A model generated the notes under the pieces. It saw nothing but the letters and a program-made list of their open reading frames with translations, was not told the DNA's origin and ran no database searches. Positions 1-9,747 of a stretch of 52,418 nt of DNA are shown piece after piece. A program made the translations under genes and the position numbers. Within the stretch, counting starts at the first letter, position 1. Each line of letters begins with the position of its first letter. Source of the stretch: a virus (lineage: Duplodnaviria; Heunggongvirae; Uroviricota; Caudoviricetes); IMG/VR virus record IMGVR_UViG_3300032579_000006. One strand, 5' to 3'.

Positions 1-216
1 GACAACTTTCCTGAGTTATGGGACAAGCACAAGAATAATCCGCATCATTACGCAGAAGTTATCGGAGAAGAACTTCAAGACAAGTTGGATTTGCCAATCT
101 GTACGCTAAGTGCAGACCAAAGTAAGTTCTTCAAGAGACATTATAATGCAGATAAGTATAATTTAGGTCCTTTAGTTAAAGAGATGGACGTGATTCGTAA
201 AATTGAAGGATGGTAA
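1..216 (+). CDS. 3' end of a hypothetical protein (5'-truncated by window)
   Basis: Frame 1 is open from base 1 (DNFPELWDK...IRKIEGW) to TAA at 214-216, just upstream of the radical SAM ATG. Confidence 0.7.
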   Translation, partial: DNFPELWDKHKNNPHHYAEVIGEELQDKLDLPICTLSADQSKFFKRHYNADKYNLGPLVKEMDVIRKIEGW

Positions 217-219
217 AAT

Positions 220-1617
220 ATGTCAAATAATGGTTATCAACAACATTTAGAAAATGTTAAAAATGAACTAGATTCTGTTAGCAAAACATTCTGTGCTGCT
301 AAGTGGAAACAAGTAACTATGCATCTACAAAATGGACACACGCATAGTTGCCACCATCCTAAAACGCATCATGTTCCTGTACAAGAAATTCAAATAAATC
401 CTACTGCACTGCACAATAGTAATTATAAAAAATTACAAAGGAAGATGATGCTTGAAGGTGAGCGTCCAGCAGAATGTGATTATTGCTGGCGAGTAGAGGA
501 TCAAGGTGATAGCCATAGTGACAGAATATACAAGAGTGCAGATAAATGGGCTAATCCTTTTATACAGGATATCGCCAATAAGCCATGGGATGATGATGTT
601 GATCCAAGCTATGTAGAAGTAAGCTTTGGTAATGTATGCAATTTCAAATGCAGTTATTGTGCACCTCATATCAGTAGTCAATGGATGGAAGAGATCGAAC
701 GGTTCGGACCTTATCCTACCACAGATAGGTTCAATAATCTAGATTGGTTGAAAAGCCAAAATATGATGCCTATTCTCAATAGAGAAGAAAATCCATATGT
801 AGAGGCTTTCTGGAAGTGGTGGCCAAAGATGTATAATAGTCTACAGCACTTCAGAATTACCGGAGGCGAGCCGCTACTAAACAAGAACACCTTCAAGGTG
901 CTGGATTATATCATCGATAACCCTAATCCAAATCTAGAAGTTGCCATCAATACGAACATGAATGTTCCTGATGATATTTTCAATAGGTTCTTAGAAAAGA
1001 TCAAGATAATATCTGAAGAAAAAAAACTGAAAAACATCAAGATATTCACAAGTGCTGAAGCACACGGTAAACAGAGTGAGTATATCAGGTTTGGCATGAA
1101 CTATGAGCGTTGGCTAACTAATATTCATAAGACTTATAGAGAAGTTCCGGGTATACAGTTTACTATCATGAGTACCTATAACTTTCTAAGTATAACTTCA
1201 TATATTCCATTCCTCAAGGATATCTTAGATATCAAGAAAGAATATCATCGTTGGGATGATGTAAGAACTCCTATGCTATTAGATATTCCTTATCTTAGAT
1301 TTCCAACTCATCAGGCAGTATTCATCATAGAGCCTGAACAACTTCAGATGATCTACGATCAGGTGACATTCATTTATCAAAACATAGAAAACAAAAACTG
1401 GTACGGTACTGCAAATCGCGGCTTTTTTGAACATGAGGCTGACAAGTTAAAACGAATCTATAACCTCACTAAAGATGATGTGGTTAATGAATGGACAAAC
1501 ACGAATCGCAAGAACTTCATCACTTTCGTTGATGAGCATGACACGCGCCGTGGTACGAATTTCTTAGAAACATTCCCTGAATATGAGAATGTTTATTATA
1601 AGTGGAAGAATATGTGA
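220..1617 (+). CDS. Radical SAM protein with N-terminal Cys-rich (twitch/SPASM-like) region
   Basis: CxxxCxxC motif CNFKCSYC; ITGGEPLL; N-terminal FC..KW...SCHH...CDYCW cluster. Confidence 0.88.
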   Translation: MSNNGYQQHLENVKNELDSVSKTFCAAKWKQVTMHLQNGHTHSCHHPKTHHVPVQEIQINPTALHNSNYKKLQRKMMLEGERPAECDYCWRVEDQGDSHSDRIYKSADKWANPFIQDIANKPWDDDVDPSYVEVSFGNVCNFKCSYCAPHISSQWMEEIERFGPYPTTDRFNNLDWLKSQNMMPILNREENPYVEAFWKWWPKMYNSLQHFRITGGEPLLNKNTFKVLDYIIDNPNPNLEVAINTNMNVPDDIFNRFLEKIKIISEEKKLKNIKIFTSAEAHGKQSEYIRFGMNYERWLTNIHKTYREVPGIQFTIMSTYNFLSITSYIPFLKDILDIKKEYHRWDDVRTPMLLDIPYLRFPTHQAVFIIEPEQLQMIYDQVTFIYQNIENKNWYGTANRGFFEHEADKLKRIYNLTKDDVVNEWTNTNRKNFITFVDEHDTRRGTNFLETFPEYENVYYKWKNM

Positions 1618-2402
1618 TGCGTGTAGCACTATGCATAAGTGGTCAGCCGAGGACATGGAAAAAGACATATTCAAATTGGATAGAACATTTGTTACCTAAT
1701 GTAGAGAAAGATATTTTCTTTCATCTATGGGATTATAATACTTTACCTACGATAGTATTACAGTCTGGTGTCCGTTCCCTCAAAGACGTACATATCACTG
1801 AAGAAGAAAAACAAGATATCATAGATACATATCAGCCAAAGAAATACAAGTTTGATAATAGAAATGTCAATCCAACACTGTTCGACAAAGATCCTAGTAT
1901 ACTAACTGAGTATGTGAATAATCCGATAGGATGGTGGTGTAGAAGCCAGTATTATAGTATATATTATGCTGCTAATCTAAAACGACAATATGAGATCGAA
2001 CACAACTTCGAATATGATGTTGTGTTTAGGATGCGGACTGATCTATACTTCATGGAAAATCTAAACATGCCCCGTGAAGTTCGTCCCAACTGTTTATATT
2101 CTAAGAGCAACGGATACGTGGATAATGTAGAATCATTTATGATCGGTGACACGTTTCATTTTGCTGATAGCTATACGTATGACCAAGCAGCAGAATTTAT
2201 TCATTCATTGCAGTTTATCGATAGTAATCATGTGGTGCCCCCGCACATACAATGTCCCCCGCCGGCGCCGGAAGTTGCACTATATCCTTTTTTATGTGCT
2301 AGTGGAATAAAAAACGTCAGTTGTCCTCAGAGTATAAAGATATTGAGAAGCCAAGAATATCTTGATATCAAGAAAGAGTTAGCATCATATGAAGTCATAT
2401 AA
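1617..2402 (+). CDS. Putative glycosyltransferase-like protein, paralog 1 of 3
   Basis: MRVALCISGQPR start (ATG overlaps upstream TGA), FHLWD, KRQYEIE..F.YDVVFRMRTD shared with the next two genes. Confidence 0.6.
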   Translation: MRVALCISGQPRTWKKTYSNWIEHLLPNVEKDIFFHLWDYNTLPTIVLQSGVRSLKDVHITEEEKQDIIDTYQPKKYKFDNRNVNPTLFDKDPSILTEYVNNPIGWWCRSQYYSIYYAANLKRQYEIEHNFEYDVVFRMRTDLYFMENLNMPREVRPNCLYSKSNGYVDNVESFMIGDTFHFADSYTYDQAAEFIHSLQFIDSNHVVPPHIQCPPPAPEVALYPFLCASGIKNVSCPQSIKILRSQEYLDIKKELASYEVI

Positions 2403-3255
2403 AATAGCAGTGTGTCTGAGCGGAGAGCCTCGCACATGGAACCATTGTAGCGAGAATATACTTGAATTTTTCAAGAGTGATATCCATGACATAAAGTTTT
2501 TTGGACACACGTGGACAGACAGTGAATACACGAAAGAACATAGATTTTATGGTATAGAGAAATGTGAATCTTATCCTAAGGACGAGCTATACCAGAATAT
2601 GATATCAGCTATAAACTACGAAAAATTATTGATCGAAGATAAAACTGTAATCGATGTCACTCCGATACCAAGCGTATTAAGTTTTGATGAATGTACTTTT
2701 GGTATGAAAGTAGCAGCTAACCTAGCTAAACCTACAGTATACGTTCACATGAGCTACAGTATCATGCAGGCTAACTGGCTCAAAACTATGTATGAAATAG
2801 AAAATGACATGCGTTTTGATCTAGTTGTCAGAGCAAGGCATGATAGTTATTATACACCGGGTACAAAGTTTGAGGATTACTTACCAGGTAGAATAGAACC
2901 AACTGCAATATATGGTTCGACAAATACATTCCCGATGGAATATTGGCAGAATCATTTTACTGATGTGTTATTCTTCGGTTCAAGTAGGGTGATGAATACT
3001 GTTTGTGATTTTTATAGATACTATAGTACAGGTAAATTCTGGGAATTATTAGATGCTAACTGGAATGATCCTTATATAAAAATATGCGGATATAATGTCT
3101 GCTTATATAAATGGCTTATGCTAAAGAATATAAGAGTACAAGAAACAAACCTAATATTTAACACTTATATATTTAGGAAAAAGGCAGCAGAATTGTATAG
3201 TTTACCGCAAGACGCAGATGCAATACTACAAGTAGAAAGAAATCTATTCAGATGA
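2389..3255 (+). CDS. Putative glycosyltransferase-like protein, paralog 2
   Basis: KIAVCLSGEPR, GHTW, YEIENDMRFDLVVRARHD, DVLFFGSS motifs. Confidence 0.6.
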   Translation: MKSYKIAVCLSGEPRTWNHCSENILEFFKSDIHDIKFFGHTWTDSEYTKEHRFYGIEKCESYPKDELYQNMISAINYEKLLIEDKTVIDVTPIPSVLSFDECTFGMKVAANLAKPTVYVHMSYSIMQANWLKTMYEIENDMRFDLVVRARHDSYYTPGTKFEDYLPGRIEPTAIYGSTNTFPMEYWQNHFTDVLFFGSSRVMNTVCDFYRYYSTGKFWELLDANWNDPYIKICGYNVCLYKWLMLKNIRVQETNLIFNTYIFRKKAAELYSLPQDADAILQVERNLFR

Positions 3256-4076
3256 AGATTGCTGTGTGTTTCAGTGGATTGATCAGAACAGGGATAAACT
3301 GTTATGTTAACATCACCCGTTACTTAGGAGATATGCTGCCGGATTGTGATTTTTTCCTGCACACCTGGGATTATGAAACTAATAAACCGTTTGCTAGAAC
3401 ACATTGGAATAATATTCGATTTATTCAACGCCCGGATGAAGCCTTATCTCAAGAAAAATTACAGAAATTTATCGAATTATATAATCCGATAAGATACAAA
3501 GTAGATAGTTATTCAGAGTTCATGAATAGTCATATGACTAATAACCAATTTCCTATAGTATGGCATACTCTTTGTAGAAGCTTTGAGCTTTAAAGGCAGT
3601 ACGAGATAGAGAACAATTTTAAATATGATGTAGTCATAAAGATCCGTCCTGATGTTATATTTCCTACAGCTAAAAACTTTGGAAGTGAGCTATCTAACAT
3701 AGACTTATCCAAATCGACGATTTATAGTGACCCGCACTGTGATAATATATTAGCTGATGTTTTTTGGGTTACAAACAGCAATGTTGCTGATATTATGATT
3801 GATCTGGTCAAAGAGCCTGGACACTCAGTGCATGATTCATCTGCTGCATTAAACAGATTTTTACAAAATAGGGGAATTATAAATCAACCATTGAGCAAAA
3901 CTAATTTAGTTTGTTACACGATATATCGTTATGAGTCTTATATGTTTGATCCTATGACAAATTTTCGTGAGTGTTTTATGAATGATTTAATACATTATAG
4001 TTCTATATCAGAAGAAGAAATATATAAGGTTTTTCGGGATAACAATGAGAATAAATTATACGGAACAATAAGATGA
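3252..4076 (+). pseudogene. GT-like paralog 3 interrupted by one in-frame TAA (3591-3593)
   Basis: ORFs 3252-3593 and 3795-4076 are in the same frame, and 3594-3794 is open and reads RQYEIENNFKYDVVIKIRPD, matching the paralogs. The TAA sits where the paralogs have Lys. Confidence 0.8.
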
Positions 4077-4867
4077 TTGATTTTTTATATGCTAACGGAT
4101 GTAGCTGGACAGCAGGAAACGGTATCGATGATGATCCGAGCTTATCAAACATACCATTAATAGAAAGATGGAACTATTTTTTGAAATGTGCCTGGCCGTC
4201 GGTAGTCGCAGAAAAGTTTGGAGTTGATCATATAAATGAAGCTCTTGGTGCAGGAAGCAATGCACGTATGGTTAGAACTACATGTGACTTTCTACGAAAG
4301 TATCCTAAAGAAAAATATAGTTCATTAGTAGTTATGTTAGGCTGGACAACTGTAGATAGGAGTGAAGTCTATTTACACGAAGGACAGAAAGAGGGGTGGT
4401 GTATGTTTAATGCTACGCAGCCGGTAAGTTCGCATGATGTACTCTTTAGACCTGACTTTAGTAATGATTATTTAAAACTTATTGATGACTGGCAGAAAGA
4501 CTATATTTTGAATGTATATTCACTTCGTGCCAATTACATCAGATTTTTTCAAGAAATGTATATTATGAAAAATCTATTAGAAAACTTAGGTGTAAAGTAC
4601 TTGTTTTTTAGTAGTCTGCCGTGGCGAACAGTATGGTTACCGGAATATAAAAAAATTAATATATCAAAACAATTTGAACAAGAAATTTCAGTATTGCAGA
4701 AACCATGCATTCTGAATACACGTTCATGTGATGAATCATTAAATGTGATGAGTCTTTTTTGCGTAGCTAATCAAATTCCAATGGCTGCTGATCATCATAC
4801 TATGATAGAAGGTCACAGAAGATGGGCAGAGCATTTATATCAGGAGTTTAATAACATCTATGAATAA
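4073..4867 (+). CDS. SGNH/GDSL-type hydrolase or acyltransferase
   Basis: LYANGCSWTAG block I, GAGSN block II, VMLGWT, C-terminal DHHT..GH. Confidence 0.7.
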   Translation: MIDFLYANGCSWTAGNGIDDDPSLSNIPLIERWNYFLKCAWPSVVAEKFGVDHINEALGAGSNARMVRTTCDFLRKYPKEKYSSLVVMLGWTTVDRSEVYLHEGQKEGWCMFNATQPVSSHDVLFRPDFSNDYLKLIDDWQKDYILNVYSLRANYIRFFQEMYIMKNLLENLGVKYLFFSSLPWRTVWLPEYKKINISKQFEQEISVLQKPCILNTRSCDESLNVMSLFCVANQIPMAADHHTMIEGHRRWAEHLYQEFNNIYE

Positions 4868-5663
4868 AGAAAAGATCGTGGTGTGCGGTGATAGTTTCAA
4901 TGTCGGCATTGGACTAGTTGATATGGAAAAACAACGGTATGGTCAACTTGTCGCAGATAAGTTAGAATATGATTTGGTCGTATTAGCTAGGGGCAGTGCG
5001 TCTAATTATGCAGTATTCCTCCAAGGTGTATATGCTAGTAAGATGCTGTCCAAACCAAAGTGCGTTATTTTATGTGTAACTAGTTATGATAGGATCGAAT
5101 GGTTAGAAGACGAATTTCAAAAGCATATAACATTAGACCTATCACATTTGAACTACCATCAGTATCCGCCGCATCATCATGCACAACCGCATCATGATCG
5201 ACCGTTAGATTTTTATCTAAAAGATGATGCAAGCTATAATCCAAAGTTGCTCACTGAGCAGGTCGGGGCGATACCTGATTATCTACAGACATTAGAAAAA
5301 CAAAAGAAAATGCCTAGCGATTATTACCAACGTCTACATTCACAATCACCTGAAAAACTAAAAATGTTATTAGAACATTATCTAACTGTTTGGTCTAACA
5401 ATAATATCAAATCTGATTATGATAGAGGGTTGATACTGTCTGCATACACTAGAATAACAAACAGTGATATACATTGCTTAGTGCTTGCAAGTGACGATAA
5501 GTTCGATGATCTGATACCTAAAAAAGATTTGATACATCATAATTGGGGAGAGCTGACTCTACAATATCCTGATACTATAGGAAGTCAGCATGCAGATTAT
5601 CCAGCACATGAATATACTGCACAGTTGATAATTGAAAGGTTATTAGAGAATGGCTACACCTGA
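4860..5663 (+). CDS. SGNH/GDSL-type hydrolase
   Basis: VVCGDSF, LARGSASN, C-terminal SQHADYPAH. Confidence 0.7.
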   Translation: MNKEKIVVCGDSFNVGIGLVDMEKQRYGQLVADKLEYDLVVLARGSASNYAVFLQGVYASKMLSKPKCVILCVTSYDRIEWLEDEFQKHITLDLSHLNYHQYPPHHHAQPHHDRPLDFYLKDDASYNPKLLTEQVGAIPDYLQTLEKQKKMPSDYYQRLHSQSPEKLKMLLEHYLTVWSNNNIKSDYDRGLILSAYTRITNSDIHCLVLASDDKFDDLIPKKDLIHHNWGELTLQYPDTIGSQHADYPAHEYTAQLIIERLLENGYT

Positions 5664-6531
5664 TGAATTGATTTTGATAACGAACGGTGATAGCTGGACG
5701 TTCGGGTGTGAGATAGTAGATCCTGCTTTAGTACAAAAACATCCAGGTAATCATCTGACTACTATCGACTATCTTCCTAAGAATGATAGTTATAGATTAC
5801 CGCGGATATGGCCAACTAAGCTAGCAGAACTATTGAGATGTCGTGTGATAAACCTAGCTGAACCCGGAGATGATAATGCTAGTATCTTAGCTAGGACGCA
5901 AGAATATGTTTTGCACCTACTAAACCAAGGTATAAACCCGGATCGTCTGTTTATCATAGTAGGTTGGACTACGCCGGAACGCAGAGATTTTTGGTACAAG
6001 AGTGATGATGACAAAGAAAGCTACAAGTTTAGGCTCAATCCGCACATGACTGATCATAAACAAAAACCATTAGCCAATCTTACTAAAACATATGTATTGA
6101 ATTTTTGGAATCCTGAAGAATACATTACTAGGTATATTACTACAATATTGAACTTCCAGAATTTTTGCCTAACGAATAAAATCAGATTCTTAAACTTCAA
6201 TGCTTTTTATAGATTGAATCAGATTAATATCGATCAGTGGCAAGACATCAATGTTGAAGAACAGATAAACTCTTTAGGTTTAGGTAATATCAGTATATCA
6301 GATGATGATGTCCGTATCATTCATAAAATAAACTATAACACTATATGGAAAACGATAGATAGTATTAGGTACTATAACAAAGACATCACTAATAATTCAT
6401 TCAAGACATATGTAGATGAAAACTGCGGAGAAGCTGGATATACTGGCTGGCATCCAAATGAACTAGGTCATACTGTTTGGGCTGATGAATTATTAAAATA
6501 CATACAAGATCATGAGTTACTAAATATTTGA
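5650..6531 (+). CDS. SGNH/GDSL-type hydrolase
   Basis: ITNGDSWTFG, NLAEPGDDN, IVGWT, GWHPNELGH. Confidence 0.72.
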   Translation: MATPDELILITNGDSWTFGCEIVDPALVQKHPGNHLTTIDYLPKNDSYRLPRIWPTKLAELLRCRVINLAEPGDDNASILARTQEYVLHLLNQGINPDRLFIIVGWTTPERRDFWYKSDDDKESYKFRLNPHMTDHKQKPLANLTKTYVLNFWNPEEYITRYITTILNFQNFCLTNKIRFLNFNAFYRLNQINIDQWQDINVEEQINSLGLGNISISDDDVRIIHKINYNTIWKTIDSIRYYNKDITNNSFKTYVDENCGEAGYTGWHPNELGHTVWADELLKYIQDHELLNI

Positions 6532-6532
6532 C

Positions 6533-6982
6533 ATGAGTATAAATGAAATCAAAACTGTAGTCAAGCACTGGGGTCATGAAGTCTGGATAGCAGATGGTGT
6601 CAGGACACCATATGCACTAAAGCGTATATTCTTCAAGGCTGGCAATAGAACAAGCTTGCAAGTACATCAACAAAAATTCGAAACCAACTATGTTTTTTCC
6701 GGTACAGGAACATTGTACATAAGCAAAGAAAAATTTGATGTAGAACATTTTCTATCTAACCCGATGACCGCAGAAGAAGTTTCTGAATACGAATCAACGT
6801 TTGATATCATTCGACTTGAACCTGGAGTATCATTCGACGTTCATCCGGGCTATGTTCACCGTGTCGTTGCTATTACAGACCTTGAATTCTTTGAAGCAAG
6901 TACAACAGAACTTGATGATGTGATAAGGCTTCAGGATGATCAAAATAGAACGCACGGTAGAATACAGCATGAGCACCGTTAA
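6533..6982 (+). CDS. Cupin-fold sugar isomerase (mannose-6-P isomerase-like)
   Basis: KHWGHE, RTSLQVHQQKFET, PGYVHR, EAST..LDDVIRLQDD. Confidence 0.8.
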   Translation: MSINEIKTVVKHWGHEVWIADGVRTPYALKRIFFKAGNRTSLQVHQQKFETNYVFSGTGTLYISKEKFDVEHFLSNPMTAEEVSEYESTFDIIRLEPGVSFDVHPGYVHRVVAITDLEFFEASTTELDDVIRLQDDQNRTHGRIQHEHR

Positions 6983-8528
6983 CACAGTAGTTATACCTAC
7001 AGCCGGTATAGGCTCTAGGATGGGCAATCTGACTAAGAATCTAAACAAAGCACTGTTGCCCTACAAGAATAAACCGTTTCTATCACACATAATAGATCAG
7101 TTTCCCAAAGACACGCACTTCATCATTCCTGTTGGTTATCTGAGCCAGCAGGTTAAAGACTATTGCACAGTAGCACATGATGATGTAAATATCACATTTG
7201 TTGATATCGATGACTATACCTCTAGTCGGAGTGGTACTGCCTACACACTGAAAAAATGTACTAACCTATTAGATAAACCATTCTGGTACATACCGTGTGA
7301 CACTTATTTCGATACAGACTTGATATCAGAGATCAAAGATACAAGTAAAAACTACTATTTCACTAAACAGGTAAGTGAAGATTTATCTGACCTATACACT
7401 ATGTTCAAATTAGACAACTTGACGATCACTGATATGGTGTTTAAAGAACACTGCCCTGCTGATTATGTTGCTTTTACTGGCGTGATGTATCTAGGTGATC
7501 ATGTAGATTTCATCACCCGGTTAACCGAACTAAACAATAATGAGTTTATCTTTGTTATAGAAAAAGGTGAGTCTATTGTTAACCTAGACAGTTGGATCGA
7601 TTTTGGCAATATAGAGAGTTATGCGAATGCAGTTAATAGCAGCCAAAAATTTGACTTTAGTAAAGAAGATGAGATCACCTACATAACCGATTCTAAAGTT
7701 ATCAAATGGTGGGCGAATAAAACTATCACTGAGAACAAATATAAACGAACGCTAGATCATGATGGAATATATCCCGACAATTGCAAGATTGTTGGCAACT
7801 ATCTAGCATACGATTGGTATTCAGGAAAAACATTATACCAACACAATGATGTTGAGCATTTCAATAGTCTATTGAATTGGTTAGACAATAATGTCTGGCA
7901 CCGGGCTGATGTTGACATCAAAGATGAATGCATAGAATTTTATAAAAATAAGACATTAGGTAGGATCGAAAAATACTTGACCAAGTATAACACACAAGAA
8001 AAGGTTAGCAGTATTAACGGTGTTGACGTAAAGGACTATGCATATTACCTAAACAACATCGACTATTCTTATCTTACTGAGACAGTGCAAGCATCTTATA
8101 TACACGGTGATTTGCAGTTTGATAATATCGTAATAGGTAAAGACTTCAAGCTCATCGATTGGCGCCCTGATTTTGCAGGTAATACCAACACCGGCGACAT
8201 ATATTATGACTTAGCAAAACTCGCCGGCGGATTCATCATAAATTATAGTAAGATCAAAGAGAACAACTTCAAGGTTGATATTAAAAACAATCATGTTACT
8301 TTAGAGATTCCTTATATAGATAACCACGAACAGTATTTCACCCTATTAAAAAAGTTTGTGAATGAAAAACAGTTAGAGTGGAAGAAAGTGGAATTATTGA
8401 TTCCTATTATATTTTGGAATATGTCTCCATTACATACTAGTCCCTTCGACAAATTTCTCTGGTACTTAGGTATAAAATTGTTCCAAGAGTATGAAACTAA
8501 ATACTCTAGCAATGAAGCAGTTTTATAG
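6969..8528 (+). CDS. Fused NTP-transferase + choline/aminoglycoside-kinase-like phosphotransferase
   Basis: N-terminal IPTAGIGSRM...NKALLP, WIDFG; C-terminal IHGDLQFDNI, LIDWR, GDIYYDLAKL. Confidence 0.85.
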   Translation: MSTVNTVVIPTAGIGSRMGNLTKNLNKALLPYKNKPFLSHIIDQFPKDTHFIIPVGYLSQQVKDYCTVAHDDVNITFVDIDDYTSSRSGTAYTLKKCTNLLDKPFWYIPCDTYFDTDLISEIKDTSKNYYFTKQVSEDLSDLYTMFKLDNLTITDMVFKEHCPADYVAFTGVMYLGDHVDFITRLTELNNNEFIFVIEKGESIVNLDSWIDFGNIESYANAVNSSQKFDFSKEDEITYITDSKVIKWWANKTITENKYKRTLDHDGIYPDNCKIVGNYLAYDWYSGKTLYQHNDVEHFNSLLNWLDNNVWHRADVDIKDECIEFYKNKTLGRIEKYLTKYNTQEKVSSINGVDVKDYAYYLNNIDYSYLTETVQASYIHGDLQFDNIVIGKDFKLIDWRPDFAGNTNTGDIYYDLAKLAGGFIINYSKIKENNFKVDIKNNHVTLEIPYIDNHEQYFTLLKKFVNEKQLEWKKVELLIPIIFWNMSPLHTSPFDKFLWYLGIKLFQEYETKYSSNEAVL

Positions 8529-9249
8529 TCTAAGTCAATATCCTGGCAAAACCGGAACTTATTACTACAATTTGTTTTTTGATAAGTTTGGCATTGACGC
8601 AACCTATACGGCTTTAGCTTGTAATCCAAACGAGTTCGAAGATACTTTCAAGCACTTAACAAGCGATCATACTACATATGGTATTAGCGTGAGTATGCCA
8701 TATAAGAACACTGTAACTTATCTGTGTGATAATCTAGATAGTCTAGCACATAAGTATGGTATTTGCAATACCATAGCTGTGAATAATGGACATACCGTTG
8801 GCTACAATTGTGACATATACGGATTGATGGGTATCATATCTGAGATTTCAATCGATGATAAGATTTTGATACTAGGTGACGGATCGATAGGACAGATGTT
8901 CTATCATTATCTCATCGAAAACGATTATATGAATGTCAATATGTATAGCAGAAAAAACAACAACTGGCATGACAGACATGAACCGGCTGACATTATAATC
9001 AATTGTACTAGTTTAGGGACGAGTGAAGAGGCATCACCATTGCTATCAGTTCCTGATAAAACAAGATGCGTAATTGATCTAGCACTACGTAAAACTATTT
9101 TATATGAACAAAGTTTGCAGAGTCAAGTAAAGTATATAAGTGGTCTGAGTTTTTATGCCCATCAATTTCTAAAGCAGTTTGAGATATATACTGGTATGCA
9201 TATCACGATTGATCAATTTAACGAGGCTACAGGAAATGATTATAGATAA
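8512..9249 (+). CDS. Shikimate-dehydrogenase (AroE)-like NAD(P) oxidoreductase
   Basis: GISVSMPYK, CNTI, GYNCDIYG, ILGDG, INCTSLG, VIDL. The canonical N-terminal HSxSP substrate motif is absent. Confidence 0.8.
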   Translation: MKQFYSLSQYPGKTGTYYYNLFFDKFGIDATYTALACNPNEFEDTFKHLTSDHTTYGISVSMPYKNTVTYLCDNLDSLAHKYGICNTIAVNNGHTVGYNCDIYGLMGIISEISIDDKILILGDGSIGQMFYHYLIENDYMNVNMYSRKNNNWHDRHEPADIIINCTSLGTSEEASPLLSVPDKTRCVIDLALRKTILYEQSLQSQVKYISGLSFYAHQFLKQFEIYTGMHITIDQFNEATGNDYR

Positions 9250-9727
9250 ACTCATTATCGATGTTGATGGTGTATTAACATCCGGACACATGCTGTACAA
9301 CAATTTAGGCAAAACTTTTAAAGTTTTCGGACCGCATGACAGAGATGGTCTCAAGCTGATCAGTAAGTATATAAATGATATCACTTTTATTACTGCGGAT
9401 AAGACTGGATTTGACATCACTTACGCAAGAATTGTCACTGATTGGAAGTATCGGGATGATCAGTTAGTCTTAGTTCCGGAAGAATCTAGACTAGAATGGT
9501 TTATAGAAAATTGTAATTTCAACACAACCGCATATATCGCAGATGGATATCATGATGCTGTTATATTAAAAAAAGTAGCTCTAGGCATCGCACCTAAGAG
9601 TGCTAGAATTGAAGCGAGAACTAGTGCTAAGTATGTGACACCGAGTGATGCTGCTAGCGGCGCAGTTCTTGATGCATGTTTATATATTGAAAAGATGATC
9701 AAAGGTTGGTGGTGGCGCCAACTATAA
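9236..9727 (+). CDS. HAD phosphatase, KdsC/YrbI-like
   Basis: IIDVDGVLT, FGPHDRDG, FITAD, YIADGYHD. Confidence 0.82.
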   Translation: MIIDKLIIDVDGVLTSGHMLYNNLGKTFKVFGPHDRDGLKLISKYINDITFITADKTGFDITYARIVTDWKYRDDQLVLVPEESRLEWFIENCNFNTTAYIADGYHDAVILKKVALGIAPKSARIEARTSAKYVTPSDAASGAVLDACLYIEKMIKGWWWRQL

Positions 9728-9747
9728 TCTATATGAAAGAATGATCG

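Noticed and set aside
8512-9249. Auxiliary aromatic amino-acid (shikimate) metabolism
   Set aside because: The N-terminal shikimate-binding motif is missing, there are no other aro genes, and the context is sugar metabolism.
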